From NCBI RefSeq assembly GCF_963921235.1, contig NC_086107.1, positions 116,252,001-116,316,000 on the forward strand: 64,000 nt of DNA, given 5' to 3'. Source of the stretch: Mobula hypostoma (Eukaryota). The position numbers were made by a program, and so were the translations under genes. Positions 1-11,754 of this stretch are shown here, in pieces. Under the pieces are notes generated by a model. It saw only the letters and a program-made list of their open reading frames with translations, searched no databases and was not told where the DNA came from. Numbering within the stretch: the first letter of the stretch is position 1; each line of letters opens with the position of its first letter.

Positions 1-372
1 GACTTTATTCCTTAGAACCATAGAAGAATGAGAGGGGGTTTGATATAGGCATACAAAATTATGAGGGGTAGAGATGGCGTAAATGCAAGCCGGTTTTTTC
101 CACTGAGGTTGGGTGGGACTACAATTAGAGGCCATAGGTTAAGGGTGAAAGATGAAAAGTTTAAAGGGAACTTGAGGGAGACTTCTTCACTCAGAGGTGG
201 TGAGTGTGTGGAATAAGCTGCCAGCAGAAATAGTGGATGTGAGCTCAATTTGAACATTTAAGAGAAGTTTGGATAGCAACATGGATGTGAGGGCTATGGT
301 CAACGTATCGGTCAGCACGGACTAGATGGGCTGAAGGGTCTATTTCTGTGTTGTAGTGTTCCATGACTCTAT
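1..372 (+). mobile_element. CR1 LINE 3' end remnant
   Basis: Decayed CR1 ORF2 C-terminus (RMRG.LI.AYKIMRG...FFTQR..W.KLP) followed by a CR1-type 3' UTR. Confidence 0.75.
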
Positions 373-984
373 CACACCCTCCCTTCCCTACACCCTGTCT
401 CTGTCGCCCTCTCCCTCCCCTACACCCTGCTCATCTGTCACCTCTTCCCTTCCAGTGTCCATCAGCCCTCCCTCCCCTACATCCCTCACTGTCTCTCTGT
501 CACCCCTCTCCTCCCCGCCGCCATCAGCCCTCCGTGTCTCCGTCACCCCCCACCAAACACCTCTGTGTCCGTCCCCCCTCGCTGTGTTCATCTGCTCTCT
601 CCGTGTCTCTGTCACCCCCTCCCCATCTCCGTCCGTGCCTTCCTCCCCCTTTCGCCTGGCCCTGTGGGTGTCGGGTGTCGGCTGTCGGCTTGACCTTTGC
701 GCACTTGCCAGGAATGAGACGGTTAACAGCTGCCGGCTGATCCCACATTCCGGCTGTTGGCTCCACCTCGGATCACAGGCGTGTGTCAGCACAATCGCAA
801 GCTCACCAAGGTCACCTCAGGGGTCGGGGTACGGGGGCAGAGGGAAAGGAGGGTGGACGGGGAGCTCTGTGTTCAGCCTCACCTAATTGTACAGAGAACC
901 ATCTCTCAGCCACTGAGACCCCCCCCCCGGGAAATCCCGACCGCCCCCTCCCCAGGGAGGTCCCGGCAGAGCGGTTCTGAGCCG

Positions 985-1420
985 TCCCTGCCCTGCCCCT
1001 GCCCTGCCCTGCCCCTGCCCCTGCCCCTGCCTTCCCCTGCCCCGCCCCTACCCTGCCCCTACCCCTGACCCTGCCCTTGCCCCTGCCTTCCCCTGCCCCT
1101 ACCCCTGACTTCCCCTGCCCCTACCCCTGCCCTTGCCCCTGCCCCGCCCCTACCCCTGCCCCGTCCCTACCCCTGCCCCGTCCCTACCCCGCCCCTACCC
1201 CTGCCCCGTCCCTACCCCTGCCCCGTCCCTACCCCTGCTCCTGCCCTCCCCTGCCCCGCCCCGCCCCTACCCCTGCCCCGCCCCGCCCCTACCCCTGCCC
1301 TGCCCCTGCCCCTGACCCTGTCCTTGCCCCTGCCTTCCCCTGCCCCTAACCGTGCCCTTGCCCCTGCCTTCCCCTGCCCCTGCCCCTGCCCCGCCCCTGC
1401 CTCTCCCATCTCCCCAGCCC
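985..1420. repeat. C-rich hexamer repeat (CCCCTG/CCCCTA)n
   Basis: Tandem cccctg/ccccta/ccccgc units read directly; they explain the Pro/Cys-rich ORFs in the track. Confidence 0.9.
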
Positions 1421-1439
1421 CCACCCCGAGAGGGTTTTG

Positions 1440-1673
1440 CCGCAGTGTGGCTGCGCCTTTAAGAGGATCTCCGCAGTGTGCACTTCTGACGTCATGTGTA
1501 TCTGAGCCCGGTCACGTAGAGGGAGGAGGGACGGAGGGAGGAGGGAGGAGGGACGGAGGGAGGAGGGAGGAGGGACGGAGGGAGGGCTCTGCTCTGCTCT
1601 GCTCTGATCCGGCTCTCATTGCACACGGGAACGTCAGCGGGGACGGAAGCAAGAGGCAGGAGCAGCCGACACG
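1440..1673 (+). promoter_or_regulatory. Putative aldolase promoter and non-coding first exon
   Basis: Palindromic CRE TGACGTCA at 1487-1494, CACGTA (TACGTG on minus) at 1513-1518, CpG-rich sequence and a candidate donor ACG|gtaggg near 1673. The TSS cannot be determined from sequence. Confidence 0.5.
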
Positions 1674-1751
1674 GTAGGGAGGGGTGGGAGAGAGGATAGG
1701 TGAGGGTAGGTGGGTGAGTGGGGAGGGAGGGAGGGAGGGACATGCAGAGGG

Positions 1752-1775
1752 ACACACACACACACACACACACAC
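1752..1775. repeat. (CA)n microsatellite
   Basis: acacacac... run. Confidence 0.9.
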
Positions 1776-2124
1776 GCGAGGACACATGTAATACAGACTG
1801 GGACAGTCCCCACCCGGCCGCTCGGTGAGCGGGGAGATGCGGATTCGGAAGGGGGTGCCGGGGGCCCTGAGGCCTCTGATCTCTCCGGGCCCCGGTTCCA
1901 TGATACGAAACTTCCCGTCCGCATCTCCCTCTCCGAGCTCACTCTTGCGTGAAGGTGATTAGGCTGATCTTCGGTTTCTCCTCGTCCACGTCCGGCGTGT
2001 CTGTGAAGGAGCTTTAACGGGGAAGGCCGCAGTTTAAGCCGGCGTGATGGGAGTTCCCCTCAGCGGGGAGCCGGTATCGGGGCTGAGTAACGGAGGTGCT
2101 GTGTCCCCACAGACAGAAGCCAGC

Positions 2125-5100
2125 ATGCCGCACCACTATCCGCCCCTCACCACCGAGCAGAAGAAGGAGCTGTCGGACATCGCCCACCGGATCGTGGCCC
2201 CGGGCAAGGGCATCCTCGCCGCCGATGAGTCCACCGGTAGGTACAGCCACCCTTGCCCGTCCCTTCGTCCCTTCACTTCGCGGTCCCTCACATACTCGCT
2301 GGATCAAGAGTTATAACCAGTGTGTCTTCCATCCAACCCCTCACCCCGCTTCCTGCCCTCCCTCTCTTCCTGTCCATCTTTCCTTCCCTCTGCCCCTACC
2401 CCTCTTTCCCCCTCCCAGGAAGTATGGCCAAACGGATGACCAGTGTAGGCGCGGACAACTCGGAGGAGAATCGCCGTTTCTATCGCCAGATCTTGTTCAA
2501 GGCCACAGAGGATGTGAAACAGTATGTCGGTGGTATCATCTTCTTCCATGAGACCCTGTATCAGAAGACCGATGATGGGACCTCCTTCGTCAAGTTAATC
2601 AAGGACAAGGGTATCGTGGCTGGCATCAAGGTGATGTGGGGCAGAGGGTGCATCCCCCCCCCCGTGATCAACCTGCCTCCCTCCCTTGCCACCCTGTCAG
2701 CCTGTGTGGTCACCTTCAGGGAGCTGTAGACAGGGACCCCAAGATCCCTCTGTAGGTCAACACTGTTAAAGGTCCTGCCATTAACTGTGCCCTGTCCCTT
2801 TACATTTCACCTCCTAAAGTGTAACACCTCACACCTGTCCGGATTAAACTCCATCGGCCATTTCTCCGCCGTATCTGTAACTGATCTCTATCCTGCTGTG
2901 TCCTCAGACATCTTCACTGTCCACAGCTCCAACTGATTGCTGACTAACATGATGATTGCACTGTGCCAGGAGAGGGGTTGGTGCCTGTAGAAAGGGGACT
3001 CAACTTCTCCCTGTCTTCTCCTCCGCCCGCAGGTTGACCTTGGAGTGGTTCTGCTGCCTGGTACCAATGGTGAGACCACAACTCAAGGTAGGTCACTCCC
3101 TGGAGCCACCCCTTCCTCCTCCCTCTCCCGCACGCTGCATGCTTTCCTCCCCACCCCAATTCCTCGATTCCAAACTGAGGAGTGAGAAGGATAGAAGGAT
3201 GGAGGGGTGGGAGTGGGAGAATGAATGAGGGGAGCTGGGAAGAGAGAGAGAAGAGGTCGTAGTGTAGAGGGAAAATGTTACGGGAGAGAGGGAGAAGGTG
3301 TAAAGGGAGGAGGAGATGGGAGAGATGTTGCAGGAGAGTGAAGGGGAGATAGGAGAGGAGAGGTGTTGCAGAGAGCAGAGGGGGAGATGGGAAAGAGAAG
3401 GGAGGTGTTACAGTAGGGTGGATAAGGTGAGAGGGCGACAGAGAGATATTGCATGGGAGGGGGACAGAGGAGATGTTACAAGGAAGGGGAGAGCAGACGT
3501 TACTGGAGAATGAAAGGGGGAGAGAGGGAAATGTTACAGAGAACGTGGAGAGAGTCGAGATGTTACAGAAGAGGGGAAAGTGTATATAGGTCAGACTAAT
3601 GGTCCCCTCTTTGCCCCCACCCCAGGGCTGGATGGACTGAACGAGCGCTGTGCCCAATACAAGAAGGATGGGGCTGACTTTGCCAAGTGGCGGTGTGTGC
3701 TGAAGATCACCGAGACCACCCCGTCCCACCTCGCCATTATGGAGAACGCCAATGTCCTGGCCCGATACGCCAGCATCTGCCAGCATGTACGGCCGGGGGG
3801 AGGGGGAATGAGGGAATGAAGGTGGTGTTGGGGGAGAGAGGGGGAATGAGGGTGGTGTTGGGGGAGAGAGGGGGAATGAGGGTGGTGTTGGGAGAGAGGG
3901 GGAATGAGGGTGGTGTTGGGAGGAGAGGGGGAATGAGGGTGGTGGGAGAGAGGGGGAATGAGGGTGGTGTTGGGGGGGAGAGGAAATGAGGTTGGTGTTG
4001 GGAGAGGGGGAATGAGGGTGGTGTTGGGAGGGGGAATGAGGGTGGTGTTGGGGGAGAGGGGGAATGAGGGTGGTGTTGGGGAGAGGGGGAATGAGGGTGG
4101 TGTTGGGAGGAGAGGGGGAATGAGGGTGGTGTTGGGGAGAGGGGGAATGAGGGTGGTGTTGGGAGGAGAGGGGGAATGAGGGTGGTGTTGGGAGGAGAGG
4201 GGGAATGAGGGTGGTGTTGGGGGAGAGGGGGAATGAGGGTGGTGTTGGGGGAGAGGGGGAATGAGGGTGGTGTTGGGAGGGGAGGAGAGAGGGAATGAGG
4301 GTGGTGTTGGGAGACGGGGAATGAGGGTGCTGTTAGGGAGAGGGGGAATGAGGGTGGTGTTGGGAGGGGAGGAGAGGGGGAATGAGGGTGGTGTTGGGAG
4401 AGGGGGAATGAGGGTGGTGTTGGGGGGAGAGGGGGAATGAGGGTGGTGTTGGGAGAGGGGGGAATGAGAGTGGTGTTGGGAAAGAGGGGGAATGAGGGTG
4501 GTGGGGGGAGGAGGAATGAGGAACAGAGAGTGGGGTAGATGGGGAGAGAGTTGACAGAGGAAGGCGGGGTGACAAACAGCAGGGGAGGCAGATGCCCCAG
4601 GGAGGGGTAAGAACACTGTCTATTCAGCCCTGACGTTGTCGCTCCTTTCTCCCGTCTCCACCCACAGAATGGCATTGTCCCAATCGTCGAGCCCGAGATC
4701 CTTCCCGACGGCAATCATAACCTAAAGCGCTGTCAGTATATCACTGAGAAGGTAAGACGTCTGCTCAGCCCATTGGGGCCTGCTGGACGCCGATACGGTC
4801 CCCCCTGCTTGCCCCGTACTCACCCTGGACTCTCCCCCACCCAGGTGCTGGCTGCAGTCTACAAGGCCCTGAGTGACCACCACGTTTACCTGGAGGGAAC
4901 ACTGCTGAAACCCAACATGGTGACAGCCGGACACGCCTGTACGGAAAAGTACACCCCCGAGCAGATCGCCATGGCAACCGTTACTGCCCTGCGCCGCACC
5001 GTTCCTCCAGCTGTACCAGGTCAGTCTGACGCAGACAGCTCTGTGTGCATGTCCATGTAAGTGGGAGGGATGGGGGAGGCCCCAACCTCGCTCTTCTCTC

Positions 5101-6782
5101 CTTCCCTACCCCTAACTGTCTCTTGGTCTGGACTCTAGGTATCACCTTCCTGTCAGGCGGTCAGAGTGAGGAGGAGGCGTCCATCAATCTGAGTGCCATC
5201 AACCGCTGCCCGGATCTCAAGCCCTGGGCTCTGACCTTTTCGTACGGACGCGCTCTCCAAGCCTCTGCACTCAAGGCCTGGTCTGGCAAGAAGGAGAATG
5301 CCAAGGCAGCTGCCGCGGAGTTCGTCAAACGGGCCAAGGTGAGGGGAGCTCGGTGTCAGTGAGGGTGAGGGGAGCTCGGTGTTGGTGAAGGGAGGGGAAT
5401 CTCAGTGAGGGGAGCTCGGTGAGGGTGAGGGGGAGCTCGGTGTCAGTGAGGGTGAGGGGAGCTCGGTGAGGGTGAGGGGAGCTCGGTGAGGGGGAGCTCG
5501 GTGTCGGTGAGGGGGAGCTTGGTGTCAGTGTGGGTGAGGGGAGCTCGGTGAGGGGGAGCTCGGTGAGGGGAGCTCGGTGTCAGTGAGGGTGAGGGGAGCT
5601 CGGTGAGGGTGAGGGGAGCTCGGTGTCGGTGAGGGTGAGGGGAGCTTGGTGAGGGTGAGGGGGAGCTCGGTGTCGGTGAGGGGGAGCTTGGTGTCAGTGT
5701 GGGTGAGGGGAGCTCGGTGTCGGTGAGGGTGAGGGGAGCTCGGTGTCGGTGAGGGGAGGGGGAGTTCGGTGTTGGTGAGGGGAGCTCGGTGTCGGTGAGG
5801 GGGAGCTTTGTGTCGGTGAGGGTGAGGTTGAGGGGAGCTCGGTGTGGGTGAGGGGAGCTCGGTGTCGGTGAAGGTGAGGGGAGCTCGGTGAGGGGGAGCT
5901 CGGTGAGGGTGAGGGGAGCTCGGTGTCGGTGAGGGGAGGGGGAGCTCGGTGTCAGTGAGGGGGAGCTTTGTGTCGGTGAGGGGAGCAGTGTCGGTGAGGG
6001 TGAGGGGGAGCTCGGTGTCGGTGAGGGTGAGGGGGAGCTCGGTGTCGGTGAGGGTGAGGGGAGCTCGGTGTCGGTGAGGGTGAGGGGAGCTCGGTGTCGG
6101 TGAGGGGAGGGGGAGCTCGGTGTCAGTGAGGGGGAGCTTTGTGTCGGTGAGGGTGAGGGGAGCTCAGTGTCGGTGAGGGTGAGGGGGAGCTCGGTGTCGG
6201 TGAGGGTGAGGGGAGCTCGGTGTCGGTGAGGGGAGGGGGAGCTCGGTGTCAGTGAGGGGGAGCTTTGTGTCGGTGAGGGTGAGGGGAGCTCAGTGTCGGT
6301 GAGGGGGAGCTCGGTGTCGGTGACGGTGAGGGGAGCTCGGTGTCGGTGAGGGGAGGGGGAGCTCGGTGTCAGTGAGGGGGAGCTTTGTGTCGGTGAGGGT
6401 GAGGGGAGCTCAGTGTCGGTGAGGGTGAGGGGGAGCTCAGTGTCGGTGAGGGTGAGGGGGAGCTCGGTGTCGGTGAGGGTGAGGGGGAGCTCGGTGTTGG
6501 TGAGGGTGAGGGGAGCTCGGTGTCGGTGGGGGGGGGAGCTCGGTGTCAAGGGGATGAGGTAGTTCAGTGCGGGTGAGGGAACGACATCAGGATGTCCTCA
6601 TGCACGGGTGTGGAATGGTGTCTGGGATGCTCGTGGTTCGCATTGTACCCCTCACACTGACTCTGTACCCCCTCTCTCTCTTACAGACAAATGGATTGGC
6701 AGCCCAGGGCAAGTACTTACCCTCTGGGGAGACAGGAGCCGCAGCCGGACAATCTCTGTTTGTGGCCGGTCATGTGTACTGA
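2125..6782 (+). CDS. ALDOA: Fructose-bisphosphate aldolase, A type (364 aa, 8 coding exons)
   Basis: Exons 2125-2236, 2419-2630, 3033-3087, 3626-3786, 4668-4751, 4845-5019, 5139-5338 and 6687-6782 (112+212+55+161+84+175+200+96=1095 nt), all introns GT-AG. Motifs [39 protein letters not shown] and C-terminal Tyr. The A assignment rests on the N-terminus ([21 protein letters not shown]) and adjacency to PPP4C. Confidence 0.93.
3797..4520. repeat. G-rich intronic minisatellite (~27-32 bp; gggggaatgagggtggtgttgggaga)
   Basis: Tandem units fill most of the aldolase intron after exon 3626-3786. Confidence 0.92.
5339..6548. repeat. G-rich intronic minisatellite (gtgaggggagctcggtgtcg variants)
   Basis: The array starts at the donor GT (5339) of the last aldolase intron. 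Confidence 0.92.
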
Positions 6783-7131
6783 GATGTTGTGTACGTCCCT
6801 CCCTCCCCCCTGGACCCAGTGTTTTGTGTGTGTGCTTTTGTAAGCACGTGTCATCTACGTGCCCCACCCCCCCCGCGTCCTGCGTAGTGGCACCACCTCC
6901 CTGCTCTGTGTAACGGTTCCCCGCTACATCCTGCATCGGCAGGGGTGGGGATCGGCCCACACTGGAGTCGGCGTTTTCCTTCCGGGCTGCACTTTATCCC
7001 CCTCACCACCACCCCACCTCGAACTCTGCACAGGTCCCAGTGTGCCTGTGTCGTTGGGATGATCCCAGAGAAAACGCTCCTCTTTCTGCTGTCTCACTGG
7101 CAGAGTGACAACTCAGAACTAAACAGTAACT

Positions 7132-7137
7132 AATAAA
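7132..7137 (+). terminator. Aldolase polyadenylation signal AATAAA
   Basis: AATAAA 350 nt after the stop codon, followed by GT-rich sequence (tcgtcgtgtgtcttc). Confidence 0.75.
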
Positions 7138-7289
7138 AGACTTATCAAATGCTTTACCTCGTCGTGTGTCTTCATTACCATATAGTCAGGTCAGGCCATA
7201 GTGTTGTGTTGGCCCTCCCTCCTGCCTGCATAGTGTCCATCTCCCTACGTTCCCTACACATTCATGCGTCTGACAGCATCTGTCTCCAC

Positions 7290-7900
7290 TACCACCCCTA
7301 GCAGCACGTTCCAGGCACCCACCATCTCTGTTCAGCTCACCCCTCCCACCGTGAATGCAAATGTCTCAGATTTCCCCTCAGCCTCCGATGCTCCAGAGAA
7401 AGTAACCTGTGTTTGTCCAGCCTCTCCTTACAGCTCAGGCCTCTAATCCAGGCAGCACCCTGCTGAACCTCCTCTGCACCCTCTCCAAATCCCCCACACC
7501 CTCTCCAAACCCTCCCGCACCCTCTCTGAAGGCCCCGCACCCTCTCTGAAGGCCCCGCACCCTCTCCGAAGCCCCCCACACCCGTACTGTAATGGGGTGG
7601 CCAGAACTGTACGTAGTAATCCAGATGGGGCCTGACCAGAGTTTTATAAAGCTGCAAGGTGAATTCCTGACTCTTGAACTCGACAAATAAGGGCAAACAT
7701 GCCATGGCCCACCTTCGTCAGCCTGTCAACCTGTGCAGAAACTTTCATGGAGCTGTTGACATGGACACCTTGATTCCTCCATACATCAACACAGTTAGAG
7801 GTTCTGCTGTTAACAGTGCCCTCCCAAAGTACAACCCCTCACACTTGTCCAGGTTAAAACCCGTCTGCCATTTCCCTGCCTGTATCTATATCCCACTGTA
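7290..7900 (-). mobile_element. Decayed CR1 ORF2 3' fragment with internal ~21-bp tandem expansion
   Basis: Minus-strand translation [27 protein letters not shown]...[16 protein letters not shown]; caccctctctgaaggccccg repeats at ~7495-7580. Confidence 0.75.
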
Positions 7901-8329
7901 TCCTTTGGTAAATTGTCATGTACTGAGGTACAGTGAAAACCTTGTTTTGTACACCGTATATACAGATCAGTTTATCATGTCAGTACAAGAGAAATGCAGA
8001 ATAAAGTGCAGGCAGACAATAAGGAGCAATGTCATAGGGGTAAATTGTGAGGTCCTTTCAACAGTCTTTTTGTGCAGGGTGGAAGGTGTCCTTTAGTTAA
8101 TCTCCCCTCATTCCAGAGTGGAGTTTATTGTCAGGTCCAGGTGCGGGGAAAACTTACTTGGAGCAGCATCAGATACACAACTTTCACGGGATAAACATAA
8201 ATTATACCCAATTTTTCTGGCCAAAAAATGAAGACAATTAGAAGAAACTCCATCGTATCACAAAGTGGTCAGGGTGTTTCCGTTCGGGGACAGTGACTCA
8301 GATTGTGCTGTTGGTTCAAGAACTGAACG

Positions 8330-8600
8330 GTTGAAGGGAAGTCACCGTTCCTGAACCTGGTGGTGTGGAACATCAGGCTTCTGTACCTCCTGCCCGAGGG
8401 GAGCTGCAGGAAGATGGCATAGCCCGGGTGGTGGGGATTTTGATGGTGGATGTTGCCTTCCTGAGGCAGCCCCTCCTGTGAGGACTAGTGATGGTCGGGA
8501 GGGAAGAGCCTATGATGTACTGGGCTGAATTTGTTCTGCTCTGCAGCTTCCAACGTTCCTGCACATTTGAATCGATGTCCCAGACTGTGATGTGACTAGT
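8330..8600 (-). mobile_element. Rex1/Babar-like LINE 3' remnant
   Basis: Minus-strand WKLQ...AQYIIGSSLPTI...RGCLRKATSTIK.P resembles the C-terminal region of Rex/Babar ORFs. Confidence 0.5.
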
Positions 8601-9059
8601 GTAACCAGATGTAACCATGATGTGCCCATGATCCATCAGTAGCAGAACAGTCAGTGCAATCGCTTTCAAGGTCTCCAGTACACAAGTGTAAAGGAGAACA
8701 AAATAATTGTTAGAGTGCAGCTCATGCACAAAATACACAATAATAAATACATGAGATAGTTTATTATACATTGATTGTATGTGAATAGAGTGATGCTAGG
8801 CCCAGGAGTGCCTAAACATAAGGTGCCAGGAGATGATAAAGTAGTGGTGGTTGGCGGTGTTGATCAACTTTTTGAGTTACTGCTGGTCTGGGTGGGATCT
8901 TTCATGATGTTACTGGCCCTTTTCCCGCACCTTTCTGTATATATATCTGGTAGGCTGGTGCTGGGTAGTTTCGTAGAGCCTTCCTGTCGTCACAGTGAAC
9001 AGTGATGCAGCTTGTTGGGAAGCTCTGCTGTGCATCTATAGAACGACGTGAGTATGGAT

Positions 9060-9320
9060 GTACGCAGTTCGATTTACAATGTCAGCAATCACTGATCGCA
9101 GTTCGATTCCTCCTGATGTCTGTAAGGAGTTTGGATATTCTTGGCGTAACTGTGTGGGTGCTCTGGTTTCCTCCCACATTCCAAAGATGTACGGGTTAGG
9201 GTTACACACTGGAAGCATAGCGACACTTACAGGCTGCCCCAGCACAGCCTTGGAGCATGTTGGTTGTTGAGGCAAAAGATGGATTTTAATGTATGTGTGA
9301 CAAATGAAGCTAATCTTTAA
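9060..9320 (+). mobile_element. V-SINE-like element
   Basis: Box-B-like gttcgattcc at 9101 and V-domain-like ggtgctctggtttcctcccacattccaaagatgtacgggttagg. Confidence 0.55.
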
Positions 9321-10469
9321 AAAGATGCTGTCAAGAATCCACTGCTCCCTGCAGCTCGAAGGTATGCCTGCCGGTATTAGATATTTTCACCCTGGGGAAA
9401 AGATTCTGGCTGTCTACTCTATGCATCACATAATCTTATAAACCTCAACCTCCACCGTTCCAGAGAAAACAAGTTTGTCCAGCCTCTGCTTGCAGTTCAT
9501 GCCCTCCAATCCAGGCAGCACCCTGGTGAACCTTTCCAAAGTCCCCACACCCTTCCTGTAGAGGGGTGATCAGTTCTGCTCACCCCCCCTGAAGGAAAGA
9601 TTCCATTAACTTGCAAAAAGTGCATAGGAGATTTATGAGGATGTTCCAGGGACTGAGTTATGGAAAGAGGGTGGGCACGTTGGGACTTTATTAACAGTGT
9701 ACGAGACTGAGGGGTGAACTTACAGAGGTGTATAAAACCATGAGGGGCACAGATAGGGTGAACATGCAGTCTCTTTCCCCAGGGTTACAGTGAGAGGGGA
9801 GAGATTTAATAATAATAGCAATAATAACTTATTTATCGAGCACTTTTCATAGACTGGTCTATAGTGGAATATAAAAATAAAAAAGATGTCAGTGAAAATC
9901 AAGGTTAAGTAAATCGGTTTCGAGCTTAGTTTAAAATAACCGTTTAAAAATGACGACTAAGTCTGCATTCCATACAGATTTGGGGAATGAATTTCACAGT
10001 TTAGGAGCGTGGTTGAAAAGGCTGCCCTGCCACTTATCCACAGAGGGAGACTGATGATGGCAGCAGGCCTCACAGTTCCAGCAGGATTACAAAACCAAAG
10101 CGAGTCGGTGATGTTCTCCGGTCCCCGACCAGGAAGAGCTTTAAAAACAAGTAAGAGAACTTTAACATCAATTTCTAAAGGACACAGGATAGCAGCGGCG
10201 TTTGGAACGAGTTGAAGTTTGTTAAGAATTTTGAACAGGGAGCCGAGCGGTAACTTTTTCACCCAGAGGGCTGTGGACAAAGCCGTCAGAAATTGGTTCA
10301 GGCAGGTGCATCAACCACATTTAAAGGGCACTCGGGCGAGTACATGGGTAGGAAAGGTTTAGGGAAAGATGGGCCAAATGAGACTGGCCTAGAAGGGGGA
10401 ATCTGCGATCGCACCCACAGGATGGGCCGAAGGGTCCTATTGATCCTGTCCTGGTGCGGGGCAACAGGG

Positions 10470-11032
10470 AGTCCCATTGGCTCCACTTTGTGCCCCTCAA
10501 CAAGATGGCGTAGCCAGCCACAGTTAGATCATTGGCTCCAGTTTGCAGCCCTCAAGAAGATGTCCGGAACTGAGCGAGAATCATCAACTTTATCAGTCTC
10601 TTAAAGAGATGGCGCCGACCCACTTCACGGCTTCCATCCCCACTCCCTGTCTCGGTGTGGTTCGGCTTCATGGCCTGTCCCTCAACAACATGGCGCCGAC
10701 AAGCTGGCGTTCCCGTCTGCTTCTGTCCTCAAAAAGATGGCTCCGATCTGCAACCCAATTTCCAAAAGATGTTTCCTGCCCCTTAACGGGACGGAGCCAG
10801 CCTCCAGACCGGAATCTCATTGGCTGCCCCTTTCCTTCTGTCCTCAACAAGATGGCGGACACATATCACGTGATCGAACCGCTGCCCGGCGGAGTGCGGG
10901 AGCAGGCGCGCGGCCGGGAGCCGGAGCTGCGCCTGCGCAACGATCCTCCGGAACCGGCCGGAAGTGGCGCCGCCGCGCGGGTTGTTGGTGGTCGGAGGGA
11001 GCGGCGGTCGGGGAGGGAGCGGAGGGAGGGAG
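10470..11032 (+). promoter_or_regulatory. PPP4C CpG-island promoter and non-coding exon 1
   Basis: Repeated AAGATGGCG (YY1-type) and ATTGG boxes, ATCACGTGAT palindrome at 10865-10874, TGCGCCTGCGCA (NRF1-type) at 10928-10939, CCGGAAGTG (ETS/GABP-type) at 10958-10966, and a candidate donor AG|gtgagg at 11032/11033. Confidence 0.75.
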
Positions 11033-11179
11033 GTGAGGGAGCGCCTCGGGACAGGGAGCACGGAGGAAGGACTGAGGGATGGGACGTCAGGGAGGGTGGG
11101 GGAGCGTTTTAAGGAGGAGGGACCAGGAAGGGAGTCATTTGGGGGAAGCACTGCCTCAGGTAGCCGGAGAGACCCGACG

Positions 11180-11515
11180 GGGGAGGGGGGGGAGGGGGAG
11201 AGGGGGAGAGGGGGAGGGAGGGAGGGAGGGAGGGAGGGAGGGGGAGGGAGGGAGGGAGGGAGGGAGGGGGAGGGAGGGAGGGAGGGAGGGAGGGGGAGGG
11301 AGGGAGGGAGGGAGGGGGAGGGAGAGGGAGGGAGGGAGGGGGAGGGAGGGAGGGAGGGGGAGGGAGGGAGGGAGGGAGGGAGGAGAGAGGGGGAGGGGAG
11401 GAGGGGGGAGGGAGGGGGAGGGGGAGAGAGGGGGAGGGGAGGAGGGGGGAGGGGAGGAGGGGGGAGGGGAGGAGGGGGGAAGGGAGGAGGGGGGAGGGGA
11501 GAGAGGAGGGAGGGT
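11180..11515. repeat. (GGGA)n purine tract in PPP4C intron 1
   Basis: Almost pure G/A run. Confidence 0.9.
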
Positions 11516-11754
11516 GTGTTGTGCTAGTGGTCGGTGGGAAAGGGAAGGAGGGCTGAGGTAGGGGGAGGGGGGAGAGTTTGTGAAGGAGTTGAAGGAATTG
11601 GGGTGTGGGGAGGGAAGGGGGAGGGATGTCGAGTGGTATCTGTGATGGAAGGGTTCTGGGGAAAGGGGAGATGTTCCCGCCCTCTCCTCAGCTCCTCAGA
11701 CTCTTATCCCTGTCTAACCACTTCCCTCTTGTTCCCCAGGTCACTCTCTGCGCC

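Noticed and set aside
985..1420. Telomere-like repeat
   Set aside because: Units are CCCCTG/CCCCTA rather than CCCTAA; better treated as a C-rich simple repeat.
2044..2124. In-frame N-terminal extension of the aldolase ([10 protein letters not shown]...)
   Set aside because: It lies upstream of a good acceptor (ccccacag at 2105-2112), so it is probably intronic; it cannot be supported without transcript data.
3591..6549. Long minus-strand ORFs of 325-368 aa within the aldolase
   Set aside because: They arise from the two intronic minisatellites.
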